The translations under genes and the position numbers were made by a program. The notes beneath the pieces were generated by a model. That model saw only the letters and a list, made by a program, of their open reading frames with translations. It was not told the origin of the DNA and made no database searches. Source: an uncultured virus (IMG/VR IMGVR_UViG_3300017528_000566) (taxonomy: Duplodnaviria; Heunggongvirae; Uroviricota; Caudoviricetes). From it: 64,000 nt of DNA. Where the stretch lies: the IMG/VR virus record IMGVR_UViG_3300017528_000566; one strand, written 5' to 3'. Shown piece by piece: positions 1 through 10,294 of this stretch. Position 1 is the stretch's first letter, and every line of letters begins with the position of its first letter.

Positions 1-401
1 ACGATCGGCTCCCCACTGGACGGCCGTAGTATTGGTGCCGGCTATCGCGTGACTGTCATGAGTGCTCGTCCGTCGGGCTCAATCCACGCTACTTTCCAGG
101 TTCAGAACGATGGCCGCTATGCCGTAGACTTTCGTCTAGAGGTGATCCCGCCAACCGACGAGGAACGGAGTGAGATTAGTTACACTTGCGTGTCCGCGAC
201 AAACATCCGGGCCTTCGAGGCACTCTTTGACCTGATGGCGATCAGAAGCCGAGTGCCTACATTTGAGCCGGATGAGGTCGGACAGGTACAGATGGCGTTC
301 GACTCGATTTTCGGTTGCCGTGACATGACTTGAACTTTCAGGGTGGTTGCAACGTATTTGTCACAGTAAAGATCGGCAGTGCCGATCGGCAGGAGTACGC
401 C

Positions 402-740
402 ATGAGCACACAATTCCCTCAAAGTAATCCATCACCTACAGAGCTTCGGGATCGGCAACCAACGCCCCGTAAGCTGGCAAGAGCGCACTATAATGTTCTC
501 TCCAGGATGGCGGCCAATCCTGAGAACCCTTTGCGCAAGCTTCAGGGGGGCTTTTGGGTTGTCGACCCAGATGCCGATGAGTATCGAGAGGGTGAGTGGT
601 TCGCCAGCACTCCAGCAGTATCGGCGATGTTGCGTCTCGGCTTCCTGATTGAGCAGGACCCACCGAAGGCCCTAGAGCTCACGCCTCTTGGAATCGAAGC
701 TCTCAGAACTGGCGTGTATACGCCACGCTCAACCAAGTAA
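402..740 (+). CDS. hypothetical protein (possible C-terminal winged helix)
   Basis: AGGAG at 391-395 before ATG 402; C-terminal LELTPLGIEAL wing-like motif. Confidence 0.5.
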   Translation: MSTQFPQSNPSPTELRDRQPTPRKLARAHYNVLSRMAANPENPLRKLQGGFWVVDPDADEYREGEWFASTPAVSAMLRLGFLIEQDPPKALELTPLGIEALRTGVYTPRSTK

Positions 741-968
741 CCGAGTGCCTGCAACTAAGAGCGGCGAACCCAGCACCCCCTACTTGCGGAGTTGATTGCG
801 ACACCCCAAGCTGTGTCAGCATTTTCACGTAGGGGGACCCTAGATGAGCCCTGACAAATGGCTCTTGTTCGCAATGCTGGTCGCTGCACCAGGTATTATC
901 ACGTTGAGTCACCGACTGGCTCTCATAGGCTTGCGGTCCATGGCATGTCGAGCTCGCGCCCGGCGACT

Positions 969-1373
969 TTACACAAGCCTGAGATGAGGCTTTTGTTTCG
1001 GAGCTAGGTGCGGACACATCTCGCGCGTGATCGTTACCGCTGGGCCGGCGTGAAGCTCCTGTCGGAGCCACTCGTAGACCGCAATCGAATGCCGGATCAC
1101 GTCGCCGGCTGACATTTGCGTGAAAGCTTGCAGCGACGCGAATACCTGAGCCGCATCTTGGTCCAACGTTAGATGTAGGCTTGCCCCGCCCGGCGGCAAC
1201 CCTTGTTCTTCTATGGCTAGGTCAGCCATCTGCATGGCATGCCTTCTTGCGTCCTCCATCACCTGCTGGCGATGCCTCGCCGGGATCGACTTCGGCGTGT
1301 AATTATGCGTGGTCAACCACATGAGTAGGGCTTGGGTGTAAGCGGAGGCCCAGGCATCGTCGTGCGTGCTCAT
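969..1373 (-). CDS. hypothetical protein
   Basis: 134-aa ORF with the GGTGTA motif 12 nt upstream of the ATG. Confidence 0.55.
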   Translation of the reverse strand: MSTHDDAWASAYTQALLMWLTTHNYTPKSIPARHRQQVMEDARRHAMQMADLAIEEQGLPPGGASLHLTLDQDAAQVFASLQAFTQMSAGDVIRHSIAVYEWLRQELHAGPAVTITREMCPHLAPKQKPHLRLV

Positions 1374-1413
1374 GTTGTACTGGCCTACACCAACATGTTA
1401 GGTTCCCGATCCC

Positions 1414-1968
1414 ATGCAACAGCGGCGCCAACTCGAGCGGGAGTTCTTCCACGGAGCGGCCGTTCGACTCGTCTGGGATGTTTCGCAGGAAGTTCTTGAC
1501 GGCCGTCTTCGGATTGGCGGTCGTGCGGGACCAGTGATGCACATCGCGAACCTGTGTCACGAAATGGCACACTTCGTTGAGATCGATGACAGCCGCTGCG
1601 GCGTACTCGGGTGGGGCCTTCGCATCCGGAAGATCTGGGTGATCGATCAGCTGTGCATAGAACCTCTGACGCACCAGGGGACCGATCGAGAGTGCCGAGT
1701 AGCCGCCTACCAGCTCAACTTGATGCGTCACCTCGGATTGCGGGCCACTCCGGAGAAGCTCGTTCGACCGTTTCACTACCAAGCGGATTGGTGGAACGTG
1801 CCAGGCGGCCCTGGTGACAAGGGTCGTCTCCGCTGGTGCGCCGATCAGGTCAAGGCGTTGAGCGACAAGCCAGAATACCAGATCGACGCATTCACTCGGG
1901 AATGGTGGCGCAAGAATCATGTGCTGGCGCATCGCTACGAGGCGCTGGCACAACGCTACGGCTCGTGA
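1414..1968 (+). CDS. hypothetical protein with HExxH (zincin-like) motif
   Basis: LCHEMAHF followed by downstream E (DRECRV). Confidence 0.5.
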   Translation: MQQRRQLEREFFHGAAVRLVWDVSQEVLDGRLRIGGRAGPVMHIANLCHEMAHFVEIDDSRCGVLGWGLRIRKIWVIDQLCIEPLTHQGTDRECRVAAYQLNLMRHLGLRATPEKLVRPFHYQADWWNVPGGPGDKGRLRWCADQVKALSDKPEYQIDAFTREWWRKNHVLAHRYEALAQRYGS

Positions 1969-2127
1969 TTGTTGGTGTAGTTGTGAGACGTGGCGGATCA
2001 TCAAAATCTGATTGATATGGCACTCATGTACATCCTCGTTATGGCGATTTGGGGCGCGGTAGCGCTCTGGTTGCACCGACGGGGACGGCCTCGCAAGTAG
2101 CGCAAGCTTGCGGCTTAGAAAGGCACC

Positions 2128-2466
2128 ATGGCGGAGACAGAACGATTCTGCAGCATCCCTGCGATGCTGCGTCGCCGCGCAGAGTTGCTGGCCGAAGGAC
2201 GCACGTACATCCAGACCGTGGACCGTTACGGTGCATGGTCTGGCTTCTGCACGTTTTTCAACGCCGCAGAACAAAAAGTCCGAGGTGTTGCGGAGCAGCC
2301 GCTCTACCTCGAGTTAATCGGGAGTCACGAGCTCATCGCGAGCCTAACTACCCGCATTGGGTTACTTGAAGATGAGATATTGCGAAATCGGAAACGACTC
2401 GGACGTAGAGGTGCTCGGCGTCATCGGCGGCGGGTGGGAGTGCGTCGGCTGCAAGAAAGCTTGTGA
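2128..2466 (+). CDS. hypothetical protein
   Basis: ATG ORF with protein-like composition in a + strand gene run. Confidence 0.4.
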   Translation: MAETERFCSIPAMLRRRAELLAEGRTYIQTVDRYGAWSGFCTFFNAAEQKVRGVAEQPLYLELIGSHELIASLTTRIGLLEDEILRNRKRLGRRGARRHRRRVGVRRLQESL

Positions 2467-2962
2467 GCGGTTCTCGACGCGTCGAGATATCTACAACCAC
2501 CTGATTGACCACGTGGAGGACAAGCAGAGGGTGCCGAACCACGTGCTGAGGCAGTTGGTGCAAGAGCTGAATGACGAGCGGGAGGCGGCCACTCCCAAGT
2601 GGACCGAGGCAGAGGCGAAGGACCTTCTCGACAAGCTCAGCCTCTACTATGACCAGCCGGTTAAGCCTATCGGCCAGTACTGCAAGGCATTCCGCGCGTG
2701 GCAAACGGCCATCGAGGAGGCTGCGCAACGTGAGCTCGACCCGAAGTTGAAGGAGTCGTTTACGGGAATGGTGCGCGACATCCGGAGCGTCAGCCTACAT
2801 ATCGCCAAAAGCAACCTTTTGGCGCGTCTACTCTACCAAGGGGAGGAGCTGCGGACAGAGCCGTGCCCGATTCACAAGGGACACTGGTCAGGTTGTGTAT
2901 GGGGCGAAGGTCGGTGCCCGCACTGCATGAGCGGCGACAACATCACCGGCTGGGTCCGTTGA
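2357..2962 (+). CDS. hypothetical Cys/His-rich (zinc-binding) protein
   Basis: CxxC..HxxxH N-terminal and CPxH/CPxC C-terminal motifs. Confidence 0.55.
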   Translation: MGYLKMRYCEIGNDSDVEVLGVIGGGWECVGCKKACERFSTRRDIYNHLIDHVEDKQRVPNHVLRQLVQELNDEREAATPKWTEAEAKDLLDKLSLYYDQPVKPIGQYCKAFRAWQTAIEEAAQRELDPKLKESFTGMVRDIRSVSLHIAKSNLLARLLYQGEELRTEPCPIHKGHWSGCVWGEGRCPHCMSGDNITGWVR

Positions 2963-3002
2963 CCTGGCTTGAAGTTTTGCCGCGGTTAGCTGTATTTGAG
3001 AC

Positions 3003-3248
3003 ATGACCAAGAAGTCGCCCGAGTTCAGCGCCCAGACCATGCGACTTGGACGCGAGTGCTATTTTTTGGCTAAGGAGGTTGTCGGCCCCCTGTGGCAGCA
3101 CTTCTCGCGCGAGATGCGCTGGGCTTTCGTATCCGAGCAGATCTTGTCGTTGCTCCGGCAACAGGATGAGTCTGTCTCCGATGCTCGCGTACGCGCGATG
3201 ATGAATGATGTGACCGAGTTCTGCCGTCACTGCACCTTCGAGGAGTGA
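3003..3248 (+). CDS. hypothetical protein
   Basis: ATG ORF, 81 aa, with GCTGTA variant motif 8 nt upstream. Confidence 0.5.
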   Translation: MTKKSPEFSAQTMRLGRECYFLAKEVVGPLWQHFSREMRWAFVSEQILSLLRQQDESVSDARVRAMMNDVTEFCRHCTFEE

Positions 3249-3296
3249 CAGTCACCTTGAAGAATTCCGCTACTCACGTGTCTTTAGGACAACGGT

Positions 3297-3584
3297 ATGG
3301 AAGCCTCGAACGAGCTGATTTTTACGGTCGTGAAGCGCGTACTAGAGACCTCTAGGATTCGTTTCGCGTCGATCGTAGTCCGCGGTCGCTTGATCATCGC
3401 CAGAGTTCGACGCGATGGTGTCGATCTGTGTGTCACGGTGCAACTGCAGCCTGAGCTGGCATTTGCGCACACACTGGAGGTCACCAAGGGCGACGAGGTG
3501 TCCGAGATGTTTGGCTGTCTGCTACGGGGCCTCCTTCAGAAAGATGAGGTCCGCATTCGGGGAACTTTGGCGCTCGCCGCCTAG
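3297..3584 (+). CDS. hypothetical protein
   Basis: ATG ORF with AGGA upstream, in a gene run. Confidence 0.45.
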   Translation: MEASNELIFTVVKRVLETSRIRFASIVVRGRLIIARVRRDGVDLCVTVQLQPELAFAHTLEVTKGDEVSEMFGCLLRGLLQKDEVRIRGTLALAA

Positions 3585-3609
3585 GCCGGGACGCCCACGG
3601 CCTGGGGTC

Positions 3610-4236
3610 CTATCCCTTGGACAAGGAATGATCGAGCTCGGCCTCCAGCACGTCTAGACGCTCCGGTCGTCCAGGGTCAAGGGCGGAGATCTCAGCCTCG
3701 CTGCGCCACTGGGTGAGAGCCGTCTCCAGCGGGGTCTCACCGGTGACCAGTCCGTTGTCGCCGTCTGGACTCATCACCAGGAGACTACCGACGTACCCGC
3801 GTACTGACTGAGCCTTCAGTCGGCGGAGCGCGTATTCACGCGTGAACGTCAGCCCGAAGTACCACGGGGACAGTTCCGAGTTTTCCTCCCACGTTGGGTC
3901 CAAGACGCGTCCCTGCTGATCGACGCACCAGGCGTGGTGCATGGGTAGACCAACCTTGGCGGGGACGGCGTAGCCCTCGCAGTAGAAGACCGCCTTGCGA
4001 TTGGCCGTCAGCAAGAGCGCATTCGCGAAACAAGCGTTGGGTTCAGACCTGCTCGGGCCGGACTTGCCAACGGGTCCCATTTCTCGCCCGTGATCCAGGA
4101 TCAGCTGGATGTAGTTCGAGGGCGGGAGATACCCCAGGTTTCGTGCATTGGCCCGCTGGACCGATCGCATTATGTCAGCTTCCATCCTCACGATGCGGAG
4201 CGGGTCGGCGGGGTCTGCTACGCGGAGGGTCGGCAT
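3610..4236 (-). CDS. papain/transglutaminase-like fold protein (putative C-H-D triad)
   Basis: CFANA ... YCEGYA ... HHAW ... DPTW motif series seen in phage proteins. Confidence 0.5.
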   Translation of the reverse strand: MPTLRVADPADPLRIVRMEADIMRSVQRANARNLGYLPPSNYIQLILDHGREMGPVGKSGPSRSEPNACFANALLLTANRKAVFYCEGYAVPAKVGLPMHHAWCVDQQGRVLDPTWEENSELSPWYFGLTFTREYALRRLKAQSVRGYVGSLLVMSPDGDNGLVTGETPLETALTQWRSEAEISALDPGRPERLDVLEAELDHSLSKG

Positions 4237-4320
4237 CTCTCCCTACCTATCACCCGCGTGACTTGCCGGGCAAGCATGGCTCACCTACGTGATTCTTTGG
4301 TGTAGCCGGTCTGGCTTTCT

Positions 4321-4656
4321 ATGCCTGACCTCGAGAACGCGGTGGTTCTCACACTCGTCTACAATTACTTGTTGGGGCTGCCCCTTGAGGGCAAAGCCAG
4401 CCAACCAGAATACTACTGGGCTGACGGGGTCCGGCTTCAAGTAGAGCGAGCGCCGGGCCTCACAGGCAGCTTGTTTGTAGTGTTTTCGGACGATCGGCTC
4501 ACGATCTGGTCTGAGATCCAAATGGAGCTCGGCGTGCACCCGGGGGTAACCAAGCTCACCGAGGACCTGCTGGCCGCTGAGATGCAGTTAAATAAGGTCT
4601 TTCACGCCTTGGTGTTGGGGTGGACGCTTCCGGTGTACCCCAACCCATTGATCTAA
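4321..4656 (+). CDS. hypothetical protein
   Basis: ATG ORF with GGTGTA at 4299-4304. Confidence 0.5.
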   Translation: MPDLENAVVLTLVYNYLLGLPLEGKASQPEYYWADGVRLQVERAPGLTGSLFVVFSDDRLTIWSEIQMELGVHPGVTKLTEDLLAAEMQLNKVFHALVLGWTLPVYPNPLI

Positions 4657-4674
4657 TCATGCATCCGCTAGGGA

Positions 4675-5973
4675 GTGAGCAAGCTCTTTGTTCTCGATAC
4701 TAACGTCCTGCTGCATGACCCCAGGGCATTATTCAAATTCGACGAACACGAGATCGTACTACCGATCTACGTCATTGAAGAGGTCGACCACTTCAAGAAG
4801 GACATGAACGAACTGGGCAGAAACGCCCGGACCATATCCCGTTTAATTGATGAGTTGCGAGCGCAAGGCCCCGGCACCCTACAAGAAGGAGTCAAGTTAC
4901 CCGATGGTGGAACCCTACGAGTCGTAGCCCCGGCGAAGGACCCGGACGGCAATGCCGATCAGAAAATCCTCCGCGTTGCCCTCGATGAAAGGAACAAAAA
5001 CCCCGATCGCTTGACCGTGCTGGTCTCGATGGACATCAACCTCCGGCTGCGGGCGGACGCCTTTGGCCTGCGGGCGGAGAGTTACGACGCTGGGCGCATC
5101 GGCTCTGAGGATCTCTACACAGGCCTCGTGCAGCACAGCGTCTCGCGAGAACTGGTCGACCAACTTGGGAAGAAGCAGCCGATCCCACTAGACCAGCTCG
5201 AGCTCGACTTGCACCCTAATGCCTGCGTGGTGCTGACCAACGAAGCCAATACCAAGCACTCAGCGCTTGGGCGATTCGACGCTGCTAGCGGACAGGTCGT
5301 GCCGCTGAGGGTCCCGCGTGAAGGTGCTTCTGGGATCAAGGCTCGAAACCTTGAGCAGAGTTTCGCGCTCGATATGTTGCTCAACGACAAGGTTCAGCTG
5401 GTGACTCTTGTCGGGCGCGCCGGCACCGGCAAAACGCTCATCGCCGTGGCTGCGGGGCTCCGAAAGGTGATATCGGACGGAACCTATGCGCGTCTTCTGG
5501 TATCCCGGCCGATCTTCCCCATGGGGCGCGACGTCGGGTATCTGCCAGGCACGCTGGAGGAAAAACTCAACCCGTGGATGCAGCCCATTTTCGACAATCT
5601 CGAGTACATCTTCAAAGGCTCTCGACTCGACACGGGGCGCACGTACCAGGAGCTCGTAGCGAGCGGCACTATCCAGATCGAGCCGCTCACGTACATCCGT
5701 GGTCGGACACTGCCTCAGCAGTTTATGATCATCGATGAGGCTCAGAACCTCACGCCGCACGAAGTCAAGACCATCATCACGCGCTGCGGCGCTGAAACGA
5801 AGATCGTATTGACCGGGGACCCAGACCAGATCGACAACCCGTACGTTGACTCGCAGAGCAACGGGCTGTCAGTCGTAGCAGAACGGTTCAAGGCGGAGCG
5901 TATCGGCGGACATATCACGCTCACAAAGGGTGAGCGCTCAGAGCTGGCAGAAGTAGCTAGCCAGCTCTTGTAA
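4675..5973 (+). CDS. phoH: PIN domain-PhoH family ATPase (PhoH2/YlaK type)
   Basis: N-terminal VLDTNVLLHDP (PIN); GRAGTGKT Walker A; GYLPGTLEEK, IRGRT, IIDEAQN, LTGDPDQID. Confidence 0.95.
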   Translation: MSKLFVLDTNVLLHDPRALFKFDEHEIVLPIYVIEEVDHFKKDMNELGRNARTISRLIDELRAQGPGTLQEGVKLPDGGTLRVVAPAKDPDGNADQKILRVALDERNKNPDRLTVLVSMDINLRLRADAFGLRAESYDAGRIGSEDLYTGLVQHSVSRELVDQLGKKQPIPLDQLELDLHPNACVVLTNEANTKHSALGRFDAASGQVVPLRVPREGASGIKARNLEQSFALDMLLNDKVQLVTLVGRAGTGKTLIAVAAGLRKVISDGTYARLLVSRPIFPMGRDVGYLPGTLEEKLNPWMQPIFDNLEYIFKGSRLDTGRTYQELVASGTIQIEPLTYIRGRTLPQQFMIIDEAQNLTPHEVKTIITRCGAETKIVLTGDPDQIDNPYVDSQSNGLSVVAERFKAERIGGHITLTKGERSELAEVASQLL

Positions 5974-5986
5974 CTCGGTTACCGCG

Positions 5987-6016
5987 AGGGGATCACTCCA
6001 AAGGGGTGATCCCCTC
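5987..6016. terminator. hairpin between convergent genes, likely bidirectional terminator
   Basis: gaggggatcac / gtgatcccctc inverted repeat right after the phoH stop. Confidence 0.65.
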
Positions 6017-6021
6017 CAGAG

Positions 6022-6432
6022 CTACGCGTATGAAAGCTTGAGATCCTTGGACACCGGCAGCCCGTAGTGTGTGGCGCAGCCGATCGTCACAACGATCAAC
6101 AAATGGTCCTTCATGCGAGAGCCCATTGGCAGTTCCGCATAGGGCCTCATGTTCGGGTTCGTGAGAGGCCCTAGCGCTGGATCGTCATTCTTGACGGGTC
6201 CGTACACGTAGCCTTTGAGCTCCTTGCCCTTCTTCCATCGGCCGTGCTCGACCTCCGGGCTGTACTCACCAGTCAGGACTGATTTCACCATCGCGATGGT
6301 GTCGTCGCGCTGCCACTGCAGAGCATCCTCCCACTCGAGAATCGAGTAGTCTCCCAGGGCCTTGCAGTAGCTGGCAAACACGGTGTGTGCCAGGCGCGCA
6401 ACCTTTACGATCTGATCCTCTTCCGTCGTCAT
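6022..6432 (-). CDS. RyR-domain-like phage protein
   Basis: EHGRWxxxKxxxGYVYGPVK ... PNMRPYAELP motif. Confidence 0.7.
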   Translation of the reverse strand: MTTEEDQIVKVARLAHTVFASYCKALGDYSILEWEDALQWQRDDTIAMVKSVLTGEYSPEVEHGRWKKGKELKGYVYGPVKNDDPALGPLTNPNMRPYAELPMGSRMKDHLLIVVTIGCATHYGLPVSKDLKLSYA

Positions 6433-7331
6433 CCAGTCATGGGAACCGCCTTCCGTATGTTCGAGTTTCTATCTACTACGACAGACAAGCCACTCCAACC
6501 GCGAGTAGCGACCAAAGGCTCACCTCTCACTCCCAAGATGCAGCCATCCCTAGTCTCGCTTGGCCGACTGCTAAAGCCCGCGGATTAGGTACAGCGACCA
6601 GACAGTGTCATGTGCTAGAACACTAGGCAAGCGCGAGATTCACTTCTTGCTCTTCGGCTGCTTTAGGTCGTTTTTGAACCCGCGTGATCTGACCCGGGTG
6701 ATTCGCCGGATGCGTTTCTCCACGAGCTCGGTCAGGACTTCCTCGCGGAGCTGCCGTCTAATCGCTGCGGTCATCAGCCGTTCAAATACCGCGAGAAGTT
6801 CGAGCGCACTTGGCTCAGGGAACTCACGGTGTTCTATGTCGCCTCTAAACTCACGCTCCCAGACACGTCCCGTATTCAGATCACACATCAAAACCAAGGG
6901 GCTCGTCATGTCGCGCGACATCTCTAAGGTGCCACGCTCTTTCTTGGCGGTCGGACCATAGGGATTAGACAGATAGGCTCCGAGGCGGGCGATCCTATGG
7001 GCGGTATCCTTGATCTTGTCTACGGTGCTCACAGTGTGCGTCTCCAGTCCGGAATTGAAGTGCGACTTGGTGCTCGCGGCAGGCGCCGATTGAAGCACTG
7101 CCGGCGAAGGCTGCCTGAGCTGATCGGCGGCTCAAGCAGACACTGCCATTTCCACATGCCGCCATCCATATGAACGTCGCTTGCGCTTTCGGGGTCCAGC
7201 TCGATTTCGACCAGGGTCTGGGTGTCAAGATGGTTTTTTCTCCCATCCGCATTGTCCCCAATTGACAGAGCACAATGTATGCCTATTTTGGTCGAGCAAC
7301 CTAAGTGCTCATCGGCACGGGAGGAACACCT

Positions 7332-7694
7332 ATGCTCAATGACTTGCTTTTTCTCGACCTGCTCGGAGCTCGCCCTCATGAATGGCTGCCCGAATCGAAT
7401 GTTACTGAGACGGCCACTCAATATCGGCTAGACGTAGACCTGCCAGGGGTGCCTAGAGACCAGGTTAACATCGCCAATAATGACGGCGTTCTCTCCATCT
7501 CTGGCGAGCGCGCCCGACCCGAGGATAAGGGGCTGCGACTTGAGAGCCGCTTTGGGAAATTCCAGCGGCGCTTCCGTTTACCCGACGGGATTGTCGACCA
7601 AGAGATCAACGCGACTCACCGAGACGGCTTGCTCACCATCACGATCCCTAAGGCGCGAAGCCCGGGGTCCCGGGTGATTCGGATCCAGGATTAG
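7332..7694 (+). CDS. Hsp20/alpha-crystallin small heat shock protein
   Basis: DLPGV, LSISGER, RFGKFQRRFRLP, A.HRDGLLTITIPK; GAGGA RBS. Confidence 0.92.
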   Translation: MLNDLLFLDLLGARPHEWLPESNVTETATQYRLDVDLPGVPRDQVNIANNDGVLSISGERARPEDKGLRLESRFGKFQRRFRLPDGIVDQEINATHRDGLLTITIPKARSPGSRVIRIQD

Positions 7695-7701
7695 CGTTGG
7701 C

Positions 7702-8220
7702 ATGCGAGCTCGCGTGTGGTCCTGGTTGGCGGCGGTAGAGTTACTCGTGATCATGGGCTGTGGCAGGCCGGCGACCGCGCAAGAGGCGCCGTTCCCGGCC
7801 GCCACAAACCGCGTAGTCCTGTGGTCGGCTCGTTCGTGCTATGCAGAGGCCGCCTGGTCTCGCGACGACTGCACGGCGCTGATGCACGTGGTTCGCAAGC
7901 GCTCGACCAGGTTTCACTGGCCGTACATCCGAATGATCAAGGCGTACTCGGTGGAGAACTGGGGCAAGACCCGGCGCGGTAAGAGTATCCTAACTCTTAG
8001 ACTCGGAACCAACCAGCATAGATCGTCGGAGTGGAATGAGAGTTGGCGGCAGCTCACTGAGCACGTCTTGGATGTGCTGGCGGACCGTGTGCAAGACCCC
8101 TGCCCGATCGCCGATCATTGGGCGGCGAAGCACTATCAACCCAAGGTTCCAATGCGACGGGTGGCTTGCAACGTGGAGACGGCGAATGCGTTCTGGGTCA
8201 CTGTGGCTGCCTCGCGTTAG
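7702..8220 (+). CDS. secreted protein, possibly SleB/Hydrolase_2-like cell-wall hydrolase
   Basis: signal or lipoprotein-like N-terminus; ARSCYAEA...ALMHVVRKR resembles the LARxxxxEA catalytic helix. Confidence 0.4.
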   Translation: MRARVWSWLAAVELLVIMGCGRPATAQEAPFPAATNRVVLWSARSCYAEAAWSRDDCTALMHVVRKRSTRFHWPYIRMIKAYSVENWGKTRRGKSILTLRLGTNQHRSSEWNESWRQLTEHVLDVLADRVQDPCPIADHWAAKHYQPKVPMRRVACNVETANAFWVTVAASR

Positions 8221-8291
8221 CGGGTGTGGCTCGTGTCACGTCCCGTGGCGTTTTGGTCGCGGCGACCGTGGCAATACAGTAAGCTAGCCGC

Positions 8292-9524
8292 ATGCGCTTT
8301 GCGTTGCAGCTTTCACTTTCGGTGGTTTTCCTCATTGCGTTTCTGCCGCCCACGCTGCGCGCTGATGAGGGCGATGAGACAGTTGAAGTGCGTGACTGTG
8401 GGGGACAGTCAATCCTGACGAAGTACTCAAATCTCCACGAGGGTCAATGCAAGGAATGGCAAATTGAATGGCGGGGTCCAAGTGGTGCGGCCTGGGGGAC
8501 TTGCAGCGCCAAGACGCGCGATAAGGTTGTGGCGTCGCGTGACAGCACAATTGCATTTGAAAAGCGTTGCGCCAGGTTCTTCGAACGCCCCTTTGACGAG
8601 AAGTTCAGCAACCCCTCGGAGCCGATTTGCAACGTATGCGATCCGAATTCACCGGCTCCGGATCGCGTGCAGAGACTGCGTAGTCGCCTTCTGAGGGCCA
8701 TTCCGGCGAGCGAACAGGATAGTGCAGATCTGTTGAGTGGTGTGCTGAACGCAATGGAAGTCGCACGTAACGGGCAGACCCCCAAAAGCAAGATCTGGGT
8801 CAAGACCCTGCTGCGCTTCATGGCCAAAGCAAAGGAGTCTTTTAATAACCTCCTAGCGATCGACCGGGAGCGGGAGTCCCGCGCAGCCGATCCAGAGAGG
8901 CTGCTCAAGGAGCTGGAGAAGATCAGGAGCGCCGCGGAGCGCGAGTTCCGCATGCTTGACAAAGACCTGAGGGACGTGCTGCCGCATAGATACCTCTTTC
9001 GTCCCCCGCAGATGATGCCTGATTGGGTCGACGACCTTTACGACCCTGAGACGCGCGTCGAATTCTACGACCCGGACACCATGGTCGTAGAAACGCGCCG
9101 CCCAGATCAGGAGCCCCCCGTCATCGACCGATCTGAGATCTTCCTCAGTTCTCTTGACCCGGGCAGCGTCGCGGTCGAAGAGCGTTCGTCTGCCGTGTCC
9201 GAGGCGACTTACGAAGCTCAGAATTTGGATGTAGACCCACATTCGTGCACCGGCCGCTGTGACACCGTCATCGTTGTGTCTGAGAAGCTTGGCATTCGCC
9301 GCCCCTACGCATGGGATGTCGTGTTCACGACCCCCAATCGCGAGAACTGCGGGATACGTGACCTTCAGATGAACATCGCTGATACAGTGATCGTCAAAGA
9401 TGGCGAGTGCCGGACGAGAGGCCGACTGCGCTTCGGATCGGAAGCAAAGGCAAAAGCTGTCGCCGAAACACTGCGCGCAATGGTGCTCAAGCAGCAGGCC
9501 GTGAAGGAAGTGCCCGCCCATTAG
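8292..9524 (+). CDS. secreted hypothetical protein
   Basis: 410-aa ORF with N-terminal signal peptide and Cys pairs. Confidence 0.6.
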   Translation: MRFALQLSLSVVFLIAFLPPTLRADEGDETVEVRDCGGQSILTKYSNLHEGQCKEWQIEWRGPSGAAWGTCSAKTRDKVVASRDSTIAFEKRCARFFERPFDEKFSNPSEPICNVCDPNSPAPDRVQRLRSRLLRAIPASEQDSADLLSGVLNAMEVARNGQTPKSKIWVKTLLRFMAKAKESFNNLLAIDRERESRAADPERLLKELEKIRSAAEREFRMLDKDLRDVLPHRYLFRPPQMMPDWVDDLYDPETRVEFYDPDTMVVETRRPDQEPPVIDRSEIFLSSLDPGSVAVEERSSAVSEATYEAQNLDVDPHSCTGRCDTVIVVSEKLGIRRPYAWDVVFTTPNRENCGIRDLQMNIADTVIVKDGECRTRGRLRFGSEAKAKAVAETLRAMVLKQQAVKEVPAH

Positions 9525-9552
9525 CGCCCCGGGATCGGGTGGGCCTCTGAGC

Positions 9553-10272
9553 TTAGGGCAACTTTCGCGGCCTCACTGCTAGCACTGAGCCCGTTTCGGA
9601 AAAGTCGACCAGGACCTTCAGCTTGGCCTTTAGAGTGTCGGGGGTGCCGTCACCATCAAAGCATGTGGCGGCATCGAAGTCGAACACGCGCTTTCCAACC
9701 AGCACCTTCCCAAGCAACGTCTTGCGATTGTAGGCGGTAAGCACCCCTTGGAAGTCGAAACATTTTTTGACCTTGTCCAACAGGGGCGTGCCGATATGCC
9801 AATGCACCTTGCCGCCGCAGCGCTGATTCAGCTTGCACGTGACCCGCACCACCTGCTTGGCAAGATTGAAGGCAGCCTCTAACGTATGGGGCGCGGCAGA
9901 GATCATGAGAGCACCCGCCGCATACGGGGCGCCAATGCCTTCGGCCGCCCAGTAAGGATGCTCGGTCACGAAGCCCTCGTTGTTCGTTGCCCACATCTCG
10001 TCTCGAACGGCGTCGTAGCAGATCAAGTAATAGTCACAGGCGTAGTTCCTTTTTCGCAGGTGCTTCTTGATCGCGTCTGCAGTCTGCACCTTGGCCTCTT
10101 TCAGCTCGTCCAACACCATCAGGTTGCCAGCGACGGCAACTATGGTTCCGGACGTTCGCAGCACCTTGGTGGCCGAGCTGGTCCAGACTCGGCCATCCAT
10201 ATCGCAGACTTGCCCGTCGGCCATTACGACGGCGCCCCTTTGGGGTACCCGTACGCCGATGATTATCGTCAT
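9553..10272 (-). CDS. Ntn-hydrolase, proteasome beta/HslV-like protease
   Basis: M-T start, MADGQV, TKV, VAG, GIGAPYAAGAL, CGG pattern. Confidence 0.7.
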   Translation of the reverse strand: MTIIIGVRVPQRGAVVMADGQVCDMDGRVWTSSATKVLRTSGTIVAVAGNLMVLDELKEAKVQTADAIKKHLRKRNYACDYYLICYDAVRDEMWATNNEGFVTEHPYWAAEGIGAPYAAGALMISAAPHTLEAAFNLAKQVVRVTCKLNQRCGGKVHWHIGTPLLDKVKKCFDFQGVLTAYNRKTLLGKVLVGKRVFDFDAATCFDGDGTPDTLKAKLKVLVDFSETGSVLAVRPRKLP

Positions 10273-10294
10273 GCCAAGAGTTACACCAAACGTC

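Noticed and set aside
1303..2274. 323-aa minus-strand ORF and similar long antisense ORFs (e.g. 18775-19368, 46157-46759, 58285-59184)
   Set aside because: They are shadows of better-supported genes on the opposite strand in GC-rich DNA.
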